From: Actinomycetota bacterium
Lineage (GTDB): Bacteria; Actinomycetota; Aquicultoria; Subteraquimicrobiales; UBA9087
Length of the DNA: 64,000 bases
Direction of reading: 5' to 3'
Assembly (NCBI GenBank): GCA_030019215.1
Contig: JASEEZ010000001.1
Span: 84,211-148,210, forward strand
Part shown: positions 8,917 through 17,997 of the stretch, one piece after another
Position numbering within the stretch: position 1 is the stretch's first letter
Layout: each line of letters opens with the position of its first letter
Notes under the pieces: model-generated
What the model saw: the letters and a program-made list of their open reading frames with translations, nothing else
Database searches by the model: none
What the model was told of the DNA's origin: nothing
Position numbers and translations under genes: made by a program

Positions 8917-10338
8917 TTTTAAATTCTCGACTTTCAACCTTAAAACCTTCCTCGTCTCGTCGGTCACTTTGAACCTATCATCGATCCTGTATCCCACAAC
9001 CCAGACGATCTGGCCATTCATCTCCAAGATGGGAACCCTATCCCTCCTCCTCCTGGGAACTTTCTCATCGACAAAAAAATCCTGAAGTTTCCTGCTGCCC
9101 TTCATCCCCAGGGGCCTGAAACTGTCCCCGGGTAAGCGGGTGCGAATCTTGAGGGTCTCGACTCTGGGGGGTCTCCGACCCTGAAGGGGGGCCTTCAGCT
9201 CATCAGCATCCAGGTAAGCTACTTCCTTTTCCTCGGAAGGCTTAAAATCTCGCGCACTACCGAGATCGGCAATGAACTTTACCCCCAACTCCCTCACCTC
9301 GGTCGCCCCGGGAATATCGAGTAAAACCCCGCCAACGGCGGGGCTTTTGAGTTTCTTTTTTTGGGCAACGATGATCGCACCATACTCACTGAAGGCCACC
9401 AGACCATGGGGTAGATCAACCTGCAGTTTCCCCTTCCCCAAGGCCACATAATCGGAGATAGCCTCGATGTGCTTGAACTCAATTCCGGTTAGATCACCCT
9501 TGACAAAGCGGATACCCTCTCGAATGACCCTCCGTCGAATCGCCAAAGGCAACTTAAGAAGAGCGGAGCGGGTGAGTTTGACCAGTTTCTCTTCAGTCAC
9601 AGCTATTCTCGTGAATTCCTCCTCGGTCACCTCCTCAAGAAACACCTGATCCGCAGCGAGGATTTCGATGGTCTTGAGGGCATTTTCCCTGAACCCGGGG
9701 CTGTACTCTTGAAGAGCAGGTATAAGCCGATGACGAACCCTATTGCGCAGATAAGAGAGGTTTAGATTGGAGGCGTCCACCCGAAACTCTATCCTCTCCT
9801 CCCGACAGTAGGCCTCGATCTCCTCTCTGCCCACCTCGATGAGGGGACGAATGTATCTGTTCCGGACAGGGGGAATTCCTCCCAAACCCTCCATCCCGGC
9901 TCCCCTTAAAATCCGCATAATGAAGGTCTCCACCTGATCGTTGGCCTGATGACCAAGAGCGATCTTGCTTGCTCCCACTTCTTCGGCGACCTCGTCCAGG
10001 AGCATGTATCTCACCTCACGTGCCCCCTCTTCGGGAGAAAGATCCCTCTCATCAATATAGGCGGGAACATCGAAGGAGCGAATCGTACAGGGCAAACCGA
10101 GTTCGCCAGCCAGTTCCTTCACGAAGAGGGCATCCCGCTCCGAAGCCTTCCCCCGCATCATGTGATTGAGATGAAAGACGTGGAGTTCAAGATCCAGGGT
10201 CTCGCGGAGGTCAAACAATACATGAAGCAAGGCTACGGAGTCCGGTCCCCCCGAAACAGCCACCAGGACCCTGTCTCCAGGAGCAAGCATCGAGTACTTT
10301 TGAATTGTCGCAAGGACTTTTTCCTTCACGCCCATCAT
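8881..10338 (-). CDS. tilS: tRNA(Ile)-lysidine synthetase
   Basis: AVSGGPDS PP-loop, HLNHMMR, AREVRY, GHQANDQVET, RNRVRH, C-terminal RLPGD..KLQDFF domain. Confidence 0.97.
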   Translation of the reverse strand: MMGVKEKVLATIQKYSMLAPGDRVLVAVSGGPDSVALLHVLFDLRETLDLELHVFHLNHMMRGKASERDALFVKELAGELGLPCTIRSFDVPAYIDERDLSPEEGAREVRYMLLDEVAEEVGASKIALGHQANDQVETFIMRILRGAGMEGLGGIPPVRNRYIRPLIEVGREEIEAYCREERIEFRVDASNLNLSYLRNRVRHRLIPALQEYSPGFRENALKTIEILAADQVFLEEVTEEEFTRIAVTEEKLVKLTRSALLKLPLAIRRRVIREGIRFVKGDLTGIEFKHIEAISDYVALGKGKLQVDLPHGLVAFSEYGAIIVAQKKKLKSPAVGGVLLDIPGATEVRELGVKFIADLGSARDFKPSEEKEVAYLDADELKAPLQGRRPPRVETLKIRTRLPGDSFRPLGMKGSRKLQDFFVDEKVPRRRRDRVPILEMNGQIVWVVGYRIDDRFKVTDETRKVLRLKVENLKPKIVGKNHYGE

Positions 10339-10382
10339 CCCCCTTTAGACAAAAGTGACCCTTCAAGGGCCACTTCAATTGC

Positions 10383-10412
10383 AGTATATTTCGTTTCAAA
10401 AGAGATTGTCAA
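10383..10412 (-). promoter_or_regulatory. sigma70-type promoter upstream of tilS
   Basis: TTGACA-N18-TATACT. Confidence 0.6.
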
Positions 10413-10428
10413 CATGAGCTCACAAGCA

Positions 10429-11337
10429 TCAAAACAGCTTATCGAGAATGTAGCCCACGCAAATCAACAACCCAACGCTTAAGTGAAGGGCGATCGTTGA
10501 GGCCATCGCCGGGATGATTTTCTGGGGCTCCGAATGGTGGGCTCTGGCCACACCAGCGGCCTTCACCGCTACGGGGGTAGTCACCAGGGCTATCAAGGCG
10601 AGCATAGGCATAATTCCCCATAACACCCCCGCAATTATCGTAAGATAAGTGAGAGCTAGAATAAAGTAATACCCACCGACGGCCTTTTCCGGCCCCAATC
10701 TGACTATCAGATGATTCTTGCCCACGGCCTTATCCGGTTCGTAATCGGGAAATTCGTTGACATAAAGTATTCCCGCCACCAGCAAGCCAACGGGCAAGGA
10801 AGCCCAAAAGCTTCCGAGGCTGAAACGCTGAGCCTGCACGTAGTACGAGCCCAAGACCACCAGTGGGCCCAGGGTCACCCCCACCAGCAGCTCTCCCACC
10901 CCACGGTAACTGAACTTCAAGGGCTCGGCGGTGTAGAAATAACCGATGAAGAGACCGATTGCCCCCAGTATCAGCACGGGCAAACCCCTAGTCAAACCGA
11001 GATAAAGCCCAATCAACAGAGCCACGGTGAAGAAGAGCAGGGCACCAATGTAGACCTCCCGAGCCGAAAGAAGTCCTTCCTGGATGACCCTGCTGCCTCC
11101 AGAGAACGGTGTAATGCTCCTATTGATATCATCATCTCGACTCAGGTGGTCGTAATAGTCGTTAGCCAGATTGGTACCGCCATTTATGGACACTACTCCC
11201 ACAAGCGTGAGGAGGAATAGGCCGAGATGAAATACCCCCTCGTGCCAGGCAACGATCGCCCCCACCGTGGCTGGAATCGCCGCCGCCTGGAAAAATGGCG
11301 CCCGGATGGCCTTTAGCCAAATCTTGATCTTACTCAT
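10429..11337 (-). CDS. menA: 1,4-dihydroxy-2-naphthoate prenyltransferase (UbiA/MenA family)
   Basis: NLANDYYD, GGSRV, YTAEP..YRGVGE, NEFPDYEPD..GK; multi-TM. Confidence 0.85.
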   Translation of the reverse strand: MSKIKIWLKAIRAPFFQAAAIPATVGAIVAWHEGVFHLGLFLLTLVGVVSINGGTNLANDYYDHLSRDDDINRSITPFSGGSRVIQEGLLSAREVYIGALLFFTVALLIGLYLGLTRGLPVLILGAIGLFIGYFYTAEPLKFSYRGVGELLVGVTLGPLVVLGSYYVQAQRFSLGSFWASLPVGLLVAGILYVNEFPDYEPDKAVGKNHLIVRLGPEKAVGGYYFILALTYLTIIAGVLWGIMPMLALIALVTTPVAVKAAGVARAHHSEPQKIIPAMASTIALHLSVGLLICVGYILDKLF

Positions 11338-11357
11338 ACCATCACCTCCTCTTTAAC

Positions 11358-11612
11358 TAAACTCTTGCGTTCTTAGACAAGAAAGCTTCACTCATCGCAA
11401 ATAATTAAGATTTAACCTAAAGCAAAGGTTAGGCCTCAAGAAAACCGTCTCGGAGGCCGAGCGGGCATGGTTTCCCCGCCGACGGCGGGGAAGAGCAAGG
11501 CCGAGAGCCGAGCAGTGACCGCCTCGCTGGGGCAGGCAACTGCGTGTTTTCGGAGGTCTGGCCTTTGCCAAAGTCAACCGTTTATCTATAGATTTAAAAA
11601 CGCAAAAGTTTA
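11358..11612. mobile_element. MITE family 1, copy A
   Basis: Terminal inverted repeats TAAACTCTTGCGTT / AACGCAAAAGTTTA; ends shared with 40090-40242, 42370-42410 and 18650-18716. Confidence 0.8.
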
Positions 11613-11615
11613 ACT

Positions 11616-12773
11616 TTAAGTTTCGTCAAGATATTCGACGATCCCATTGAACAATCCTTGTGCGGCTTTGTCTTGAAATTCACCGGTGTTCAGCAACCTG
11701 TCCTCCTCCGGATTGCTCAGGAAACCTATCTCCGTTAGAACAACTGGCACCTCCGACCAGTTGAAACCGGTGATATCGCTTCTGGCATATATGCCATTAT
11801 CCCTCAGGCCAGTCGATTTGGCCAACTCTCTCTGGACCAGTTGAGCAGCCCGGCGACTGCTCGCATGAATAGGAACAGTCCAGGAAGCATTGGCGGGGTA
11901 GAGGGTACACACGCCTCCAAGAGAGGGATTTGAGCTGCCGTTGTGGTGAATGCGGACGAAAAGGTGAGCGCCAGCCTCGTTAGCAATCTTTGCCCGCTCG
12001 ATGTTGCTTATGTCGACATCGTGCGTTTCCCTGGTCATAACCACGGTGACGCCTTTTTTCTCCAGCAAAGCCCTCAATTTCAGGCCAACTTTAAGAGTTA
12101 TCCTGTGCTCAGGGGTGCCCGAGGACACACCCGTGGCGCCCCCCCGGCATTTCTCCTTGGTTTGAGAGGAGCCCGGCCCAATAGGCTCGCGCTCCAAATT
12201 GGCCTTGGCCTGATGACCAGGGTCGATACAGATCACCTTTCCCCCCACCGTCGGCGGGGTGGTGACGGAAGTCTCGGTGGATGTAGAATCAGTTGAAGGT
12301 GGTGGGGCTGCCGGAGTGGGTAAAACTGGTACTGAGGTCCCCGCCGTCGGCGGGGTCGATGTGGTCTCCGAAGAAACCTCGGGGGACACATCCTTCCCTA
12401 CCCCTAGAGCAACTGGCTCGACTTTTATGGGCCTGGAGCCCTTGCTCACAACGACCTTTACAAGGCTGCCCTTCCTGACCCTGCTTCCTCCGGCCGGTTC
12501 CTGGGAGATTACTGTTCCCTCGGGATGAGTCTCGCTGAAAACCTCCTTTGCGATAGAAATCTTAAGCTTCGCGGAGGAGGCAAGAGACTTTGCCTCTTTG
12601 AGATCCTTTTCCGTGCACCGTGGGACCCTGGTTTGAGAAAAAGCAAGGGCCTGAAAAGCCACCAGGCCAAACAGGACCAACAGACACAGGGCAGTAAAGA
12701 GGGTCAAACTCCGCCGACGGCGGCGCCGACTGTGGCATCTTTCCAATCTTGATCGAGGCGGGAAATTGGTCAA
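11616..12773 (-). CDS. N-acetylmuramoyl-L-alanine amidase (Amidase_3) with N-terminal TM, PASTA domain and Pro/Thr linker
   Basis: GTVISQEP..GS.VKVVVSKG PASTA; ICIDPGH, VMTRE, RIHHN, VLTEIGFLSN. Confidence 0.9.
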   Translation of the reverse strand: MTNFPPRSRLERCHSRRRRRRSLTLFTALCLLVLFGLVAFQALAFSQTRVPRCTEKDLKEAKSLASSAKLKISIAKEVFSETHPEGTVISQEPAGGSRVRKGSLVKVVVSKGSRPIKVEPVALGVGKDVSPEVSSETTSTPPTAGTSVPVLPTPAAPPPSTDSTSTETSVTTPPTVGGKVICIDPGHQAKANLEREPIGPGSSQTKEKCRGGATGVSSGTPEHRITLKVGLKLRALLEKKGVTVVMTRETHDVDISNIERAKIANEAGAHLFVRIHHNGSSNPSLGGVCTLYPANASWTVPIHASSRRAAQLVQRELAKSTGLRDNGIYARSDITGFNWSEVPVVLTEIGFLSNPEEDRLLNTGEFQDKAAQGLFNGIVEYLDET

Positions 12774-12780
12774 AGACTCC

Positions 12781-13032
12781 TCACTCCGAAGAAATGGTCA
12801 CCGATTCTTCCCGGGAAAGCCTGTTCACTTCGCCCAAGATGCTCTCCAAGGAAGAGATCACCCCAGCAACGTCCTCCTGTGCCTTCTTGAGTTCCTCAGA
12901 AAGAAACTCTGAACCGAGGTGCCCGGTCACGTGCTCCCATTGCTCCAGGCTTTTTCCGTAGAGCCTCCCCTGTTCAATTAGCTGGTGGATGGAGATCTTC
13001 AGTTGAGAGTAGTTAACCCCATGTGTACACAA
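12781..13032 (-). CDS. Hypothetical helical protein
   Basis: 83-aa ORF with GAGGAGG RBS and upstream promoter; no recognised motif. Confidence 0.65.
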   Translation of the reverse strand: MCTHGVNYSQLKISIHQLIEQGRLYGKSLEQWEHVTGHLGSEFLSEELKKAQEDVAGVISSLESILGEVNRLSREESVTISSE

Positions 13033-13065
13033 ACCCTTCGCCCTCCTCTCGCACCGACTACTGAA

Positions 13066-13094
13066 ATTCTACATCCCTGCCATCCATCCTGCAA
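13066..13094 (-). promoter_or_regulatory. sigma70-type promoter
   Basis: TTGCAG-N17-TAGAAT. Confidence 0.55.
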
Positions 13095-13109
13095 ATATCA
13101 GACGACCAT

Positions 13110-13137
13110 TAAAGTTTCTTTAATTTCTTGCCGATAA
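13110..13137 (+). promoter_or_regulatory. sigma28-family (FliA/SigD/WhiG) promoter
   Basis: TAAA-N16-GCCGATAA just upstream of the riboswitch. Confidence 0.8.
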
Positions 13138-13148
13138 TGAAATTGAAG

Positions 13149-13273
13149 ACCCCTGATAAAGGCAAACTCCGAGAAATCGGGGGACGCAAAGCCGCGGGCC
13201 TAAAGTCGCCGCAAGCCCCCGACGCTGTCGGGGGAGGGGCAGGGTGAATATGGCAGCCAGGTTGCCGGGGGGT
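13149..13273 (+). ncRNA. c-di-GMP-I (GEMM) riboswitch
   Basis: GGCAAAC..GAAA..GGGACGCAAAGCC.CGG.CCTAA....ATGGCAGCC.GGTTGCC; G at the G20-equivalent position (c-di-GMP rather than c-AMP-GMP). Confidence 0.92.
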
Positions 13274-13285
13274 GAAAGATGCAAT

Positions 13286-13332
13286 TGGCCCTTTCAACCG
13301 GCAATCAAAGCAGGTTGGAAGGGCCAGTTTTT
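13286..13332 (+). terminator. Riboswitch expression-platform terminator
   Basis: TGGCCCTTTCAACC...GGTTGGAAGGGCCA followed by GTTTTT. Confidence 0.8.
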
Positions 13333-13343
13333 AAGGAGAGGAA

Positions 13344-13529
13344 ATGAGCGAGGAAACCAAAAGGGGCCGTAGGATGTGTAAGAAAATAAACTGCGAGTTC
13401 TTGAGCGCCAGTGGTTTCTTCTGTCTCAAGGGTGTACCGGCGAGGAGATGCTTGAGACTAAAAACTAAAGGGGAAAGCATCGACTTCAGGAAACTGGGTA
13501 AGATCAAAGAAAAAGAAGACTGGATCTAA
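13344..13529 (+). CDS. Small Cys-rich basic protein of unknown function
   Basis: AAGGAG RBS, directly behind the riboswitch; C-x4-C-x9-C-x8-C. Confidence 0.7.
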   Translation: MSEETKRGRRMCKKINCEFLSASGFFCLKGVPARRCLRLKTKGESIDFRKLGKIKEKEDWI

Positions 13530-16513
13530 TTTACCTTTTGCTTCGCCTGCCCAGAACGCCTCCTTGTGCTCTTGGATGGCTCAACCATCAGACCAGCTTC
13601 CTTGAATCTCTTTCCAAATTGAGGTTTCTCCAGAACTTCACAAAAGGCTTCTACGACCTTGGGATCAAACTGGGAACCGGCATTCCTCTTCAACTCCCCG
13701 ACGGCTTCAGTAAAGCTCAAGGCAGAGTGATAGGGCCTCTCCGAGATCATGGCATCAAAGGCATCGGCAACCGCCAATATTCTGGCCCCCAGGGGAATCT
13801 CCTCTCCCGCCAACCCATCCAGATAACCATTTCCATCGTAGCGCTCGTGATGGTGGGCGATGATGGGAATTACATCGGCCAAAAGTGGAATCTGCTCCAC
13901 TATTTTAGTGGCAATCAAGGGGTGCATCTTGACTATCCGATATTCCTCATCGGTCAGACTGGTGGTCTTGTTCAGGATTTCCTCCTTTACCCCTATCTTC
14001 CCCACATCATGCAGGAGGGCAGCCGTGCGGATGTCTTCCATATCCCTGCCTGAGAGACCCAACCTTTCGGCCATGGCCAAGGAGAAACTGGTAACCCTCT
14101 CAGAGTGACCACGGGTGTAGGGATCCTTGGCCTCAATGGCGGCCACAAAGGCTTTCACGGTCGCCAGGTATAACTCCTCCAATTGAGTAAACAACCGAGC
14201 GTTGTGGATGGCGATGGCAGCCTGGCCGGCCACTGTGGAAATTATCCTCAAATCACCCTCGGTGAACATATGAGGACAGACGGCTCCCACATTGAGGACA
14301 CCGATCACCATACCCTTAACCTTCAAGGGAACACACAGAGCGGAGCAGATATCCTCCCTTTTCCTCACACCCTTAAACCTCGGATCCTTAGATATGTCCG
14401 AAATAAGAAGGGGCTCTCCCTTCTCGGCAGCCAAGCCAGCTATCCCCTCCCCGAGCTTCAGCCGAGTTTGTTTGATAGCTTCCTCGCTCAAACCAGCCGC
14501 GGCCTCAATGGTGAGTTCTCCCTTCTCCTCGTCCAGGAGCATGATGGAAGCCTTATCGCCCCCGAGCATATCCAGACTCAGATGCAAGATGAGATCCAGA
14601 AGGGATTTTATCTCGAGTGTGCCACCCAGGGCCTTGCTCATCTCATAGATCGAACGGAACTCCACCGCTGCCCGTTTGGCATCGACGTAAAGTTGAGAGT
14701 TCTCGATGGCCACCGCCACCTCATCGGCTACGGCAGAAAGCAGGGAAATCTCCTCGGTAGTCCAGGGATGAGGTCTTTGCGTGCCCAGGACAAGGACGCC
14801 AACAACTTCGCCCTTGGTCATCAAGGGAAGGACAACCTGATTTTTAAGTTCGGGTTTTCTTGCAATTACGCCGCAGAGTCCCGCCTCACAGGAGGAACCC
14901 TCGGCCGTCGTCGGCCTGCATTCCAAGAGGGCTTGACCGCAGAAGCTCTCCCCTATTCCTATCTCCACATCCTGGACGGATCTTTCATCCAGACCGCAAA
15001 CGACAGCTGGCTTCAGTTTTATGCCTTTAAACAGGGGGCACCTGGCACAACAGGCCCTGATTTTATCCTCGATTTTTTCATGGACCTCATCGCGGCAGAT
15101 GGTTCCGGGGATTGCCCAGCACTCCAGATTATCGGAGCCGTAAGCGGGACACTCCTTTTTTCCGCATTTCATAAACTCCCAGCACTTCACCAGCTCCCTC
15201 ATATCCAGAAGAAAAAATCCACCAGCCTGGGCCTTGATGAGGGGAAGAACCGTATCGAGTATCTTTTTGAGCAGTTCCTCCAGCTCAAGAGTGGAGCTGA
15301 CGACCTTTGACACCTCAAACAGGGTCGTGAGCTCCTTAACCCTGTGCCTTATCTCCTCCGTCCTTTCTCCCACCTTCTGTTCTAAGGTCTTGCCCCACTC
15401 CTCCAGCTCCTCCTTCGACCTCTTCAAGCTCTCGCTCATCCGGTTGAACTCTTCCGCCAGCTCCTCAAGTTCGTCACCGGTCTTGACCTCTATTCTATGC
15501 TCCAGATCCCCTTTCTCGATTATTTCCGCCCCCTCGTAAAGGACCTCAATTGGTTTTGCAATCCGGCGAGCATAATAAATGCCCATGAACAAGGCCACCG
15601 CCAAGGTCGCCAGAAGCAAGCCCAAAGTGCGCAACCTCATCTGGTTGAGGGAGGCGTAGGCCTCGGCCGTCGGCTGCTCGACGATGATGCCCCATCCCAG
15701 CTCCTCCACAATCAGATGACTGCCGACCACGGACTCACCGCTCTCGCTGAGATACTCCTTGTAAAGGGTGTCCGACTTCCCGGCCCGAATCTCCCCGACG
15801 TGGGGATTGTCTATGATCGTTTCCTTTAAAACCAGGGAGACATCCGGGTGAGCGACGATCCTGCCTCCCTTGTCCACCACATAGACATAACCGCTCTCCC
15901 CAACCCTTAAATCGGAGACCAGGTCCCACAGGGGCTTCAAGTGGACTTCCGCTGAGAGTACTCCCATTATCTCCTTCTCGGTTAACCTCACGGGGACGGC
16001 TATGGTCAAACAGGGCTCAGCCGATTCCGATATCCAAACGGGGCTTACATAATTTTTTCCCTTGATGGCGGTGGTGAACTCATCCGCACCCGCTCGGTCA
16101 CGCAAATCCTCCGGGGTGATCAACCGATAGCGAGAAATTTTGATTTTTTCCCTACCAACCTCATCGATCAGAGAAAGCTCGATGATGTTCTCATAGCTCT
16201 TGGGGAGTTTCTCCAGGATGACCCTCTGGCGCTCCTCGTCTCCCTCCAGGAAGCCCTTTGTCTGGGTTGAGCTGGCCAAAGCCTTCGCTATACATCCCAC
16301 GATGTGGTCAGCCTCGCCGGCTACTCTGTTGGCCACCTCCAGCTGTATGCTTTTGATGTCCCTTCGAAGCACATTCTGGCTCGTTTGGATGAACAAGAGC
16401 CCGGCCACGGACAGCGGAACAGCCGCCAAAAGGAGGATCAATAGAAGTAACTTCCTCCCTATTCTGCTCCGCCTCCACAACGCAGGTTTTAGAATTTCGC
16501 CCCTCTCCGTCAT
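13526..16513 (-). CDS. Membrane c-di-GMP phosphodiesterase-like sensor: dCache-HAMP-GAF (with two-CW Cys-rich insert)-GAF-HD-GYP
   Basis: Two TM around a Cache domain, HAMP (GDLEHRI..GDELEELA), CWEFMKC..CPAY..CW..GTIC, KDPYTRGHSERV, LLHDVGKIG, HHERYDGNGYL. Confidence 0.9.
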   Translation of the reverse strand: MTERGEILKPALWRRSRIGRKLLLLILLLAAVPLSVAGLLFIQTSQNVLRRDIKSIQLEVANRVAGEADHIVGCIAKALASSTQTKGFLEGDEERQRVILEKLPKSYENIIELSLIDEVGREKIKISRYRLITPEDLRDRAGADEFTTAIKGKNYVSPVWISESAEPCLTIAVPVRLTEKEIMGVLSAEVHLKPLWDLVSDLRVGESGYVYVVDKGGRIVAHPDVSLVLKETIIDNPHVGEIRAGKSDTLYKEYLSESGESVVGSHLIVEELGWGIIVEQPTAEAYASLNQMRLRTLGLLLATLAVALFMGIYYARRIAKPIEVLYEGAEIIEKGDLEHRIEVKTGDELEELAEEFNRMSESLKRSKEELEEWGKTLEQKVGERTEEIRHRVKELTTLFEVSKVVSSTLELEELLKKILDTVLPLIKAQAGGFFLLDMRELVKCWEFMKCGKKECPAYGSDNLECWAIPGTICRDEVHEKIEDKIRACCARCPLFKGIKLKPAVVCGLDERSVQDVEIGIGESFCGQALLECRPTTAEGSSCEAGLCGVIARKPELKNQVVLPLMTKGEVVGVLVLGTQRPHPWTTEEISLLSAVADEVAVAIENSQLYVDAKRAAVEFRSIYEMSKALGGTLEIKSLLDLILHLSLDMLGGDKASIMLLDEEKGELTIEAAAGLSEEAIKQTRLKLGEGIAGLAAEKGEPLLISDISKDPRFKGVRKREDICSALCVPLKVKGMVIGVLNVGAVCPHMFTEGDLRIISTVAGQAAIAIHNARLFTQLEELYLATVKAFVAAIEAKDPYTRGHSERVTSFSLAMAERLGLSGRDMEDIRTAALLHDVGKIGVKEEILNKTTSLTDEEYRIVKMHPLIATKIVEQIPLLADVIPIIAHHHERYDGNGYLDGLAGEEIPLGARILAVADAFDAMISERPYHSALSFTEAVGELKRNAGSQFDPKVVEAFCEVLEKPQFGKRFKEAGLMVEPSKSTRRRSGQAKQKVN

Positions 16514-16525
16514 CTTCCCATCCTA

Positions 16526-17509
16526 TCAGTCAATGAGCCTATCGGCTCTGGCCACAACCTCCATGGGCAGATCCAAACCTATTTCCTCGGCGGTTTTAAG
16601 ATTTATAACGAATCTTATCTTCTCCGGATTCTCTATGGGGATATCCGTGGGCTCCGTCCCCTCGAGCACCTTCTTGGCCAGCCTGGCCGATTGCTTCCCC
16701 GACTCGTAATAGTTCGCTCCGTAGCCGGCCAGGGCACCTGCCTCCACCGCCTCCTCCATAGAGGTCATCAAGGGAAGGCGCTCCCTCCTCGCCGCCTCTA
16801 TCAGCAACCGGTTGTTGCTCATGCTCAAAACATCGCAGACCATGAAGATGGCATCGACTTCCTCCTTTTTGACCAGCTTAAGAACCTCCTTAAGCTCGGC
16901 GATGTTTCGAGCTCGTGCCTCCTTCAACTGCAAGCCAAGTTCTTCCGCCGCCTCCCTAGCTTGCTTTATGGCAAGCATAGCAGCTTTATCCCTGGGATTG
17001 TACACGATGTAAACCTTCTCGATACTGGGCTTCATCTCCTTCAGCAACTGCAAACGCTTTCCCGTGAGCTCCAAAGCCATATTGATGACCCCGGTGATGT
17101 TGTTGCCCGAACTCCGTCTGCTCTTGACCAGCCCTGTGCTCACCGGATCGCAGAGAGTCATGAAGACGATTGGCGTATCCTCGGCGATCTCGGCTACGGC
17201 CTTCGTTCCCCTCACAGAAACCGTGCAGATGCAGTCCACCTCTTCCTCGACGAGCTCCCGAGTAAAGCTCCTCAAAGCGTTGTAGTCCCCTTTGACGTTT
17301 TTGACCTTGTAGGTTACGTTCTCTCCCTCCACGTAGCCGAGGGAGATGAGCCCATCCTTCAGGCCATCCACGGTCGGAAGGGAAGCATCTCCCAAGATTA
17401 CGGCCCCCACCTTATAAACCTTCTTCTCCTCAGCCATCCGAGCACAGCCGGCCATGCTCGGCACCAATAGGCCGAGGAAGATTAAAAAGACCAACGCTCT
17501 CTTAAACAC
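16526..17509 (-). CDS. ABC-type substrate-binding lipoprotein (ABC_sub_bind family), no permease adjacent
   Basis: Lipobox MAGC; PIVF..DPV..GLV.S...GNNITG, INLKTA..IGL. Confidence 0.88.
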   Translation of the reverse strand: MFKRALVFLIFLGLLVPSMAGCARMAEEKKVYKVGAVILGDASLPTVDGLKDGLISLGYVEGENVTYKVKNVKGDYNALRSFTRELVEEEVDCICTVSVRGTKAVAEIAEDTPIVFMTLCDPVSTGLVKSRRSSGNNITGVINMALELTGKRLQLLKEMKPSIEKVYIVYNPRDKAAMLAIKQAREAAEELGLQLKEARARNIAELKEVLKLVKKEEVDAIFMVCDVLSMSNNRLLIEAARRERLPLMTSMEEAVEAGALAGYGANYYESGKQSARLAKKVLEGTEPTDIPIENPEKIRFVINLKTAEEIGLDLPMEVVARADRLID

Positions 17510-17542
17510 AAGGCGCCCCTCCTTAAAGTCAATCCCCTTTAT

Positions 17543-17570
17543 TTATCGGCAGTTGAGCTCGAAAGCTTTA
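17543..17570 (-). promoter_or_regulatory. sigma28-family promoter for the SBP/HD-GYP operon
   Basis: TAAA-N16-GCCGATAA on the minus strand. Confidence 0.8.
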
Positions 17571-17643
17571 AAATTTCCAGGATTTTTCCCAAAAAATGGG
17601 TAGAAGTTTAACGCAGAGCCCCAAAATATGGTATCTTGGTGCT

Positions 17644-17997
17644 ATGATCAAGGAGATTTTCTTTCCCGTGATAGAAGAAGCGATCTCCATTCTGGAGGTG
17701 CTCGGCCTAGTCGTCATCGTCTACGGCTCCGCCATGGCCATAGTCCAGTTCGTCAGGAATCTGGGCCGAGCCGAAAATGGGGTCGCCCGATATCTTACAA
17801 GGTATCTGACCTTAGGCCTAGAATTCCTCGTCGGAGCGGAAATTTTGAGGACGGTCGTCGTCCGCACCTTTGATGAGCTGATCAAGCTCGGAGCGATCAT
17901 CGCCCTCAGGGGTCTTCTGGGCTTCATCATTCAAAGGGAAAGGGAGACCAGGCCGGGGTTAACGGAGCCAAATCAAGAAATTCCCAAAACGGGTTGA
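17644..17997 (+). CDS. DUF1622-like membrane protein
   Basis: LTLGLEFLVGAEILRTV..T.DEL..LGAII.LR; probable ATG at 17644. Confidence 0.8.
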   Translation: MIKEIFFPVIEEAISILEVLGLVVIVYGSAMAIVQFVRNLGRAENGVARYLTRYLTLGLEFLVGAEILRTVVVRTFDELIKLGAIIALRGLLGFIIQRERETRPGLTEPNQEIPKTG

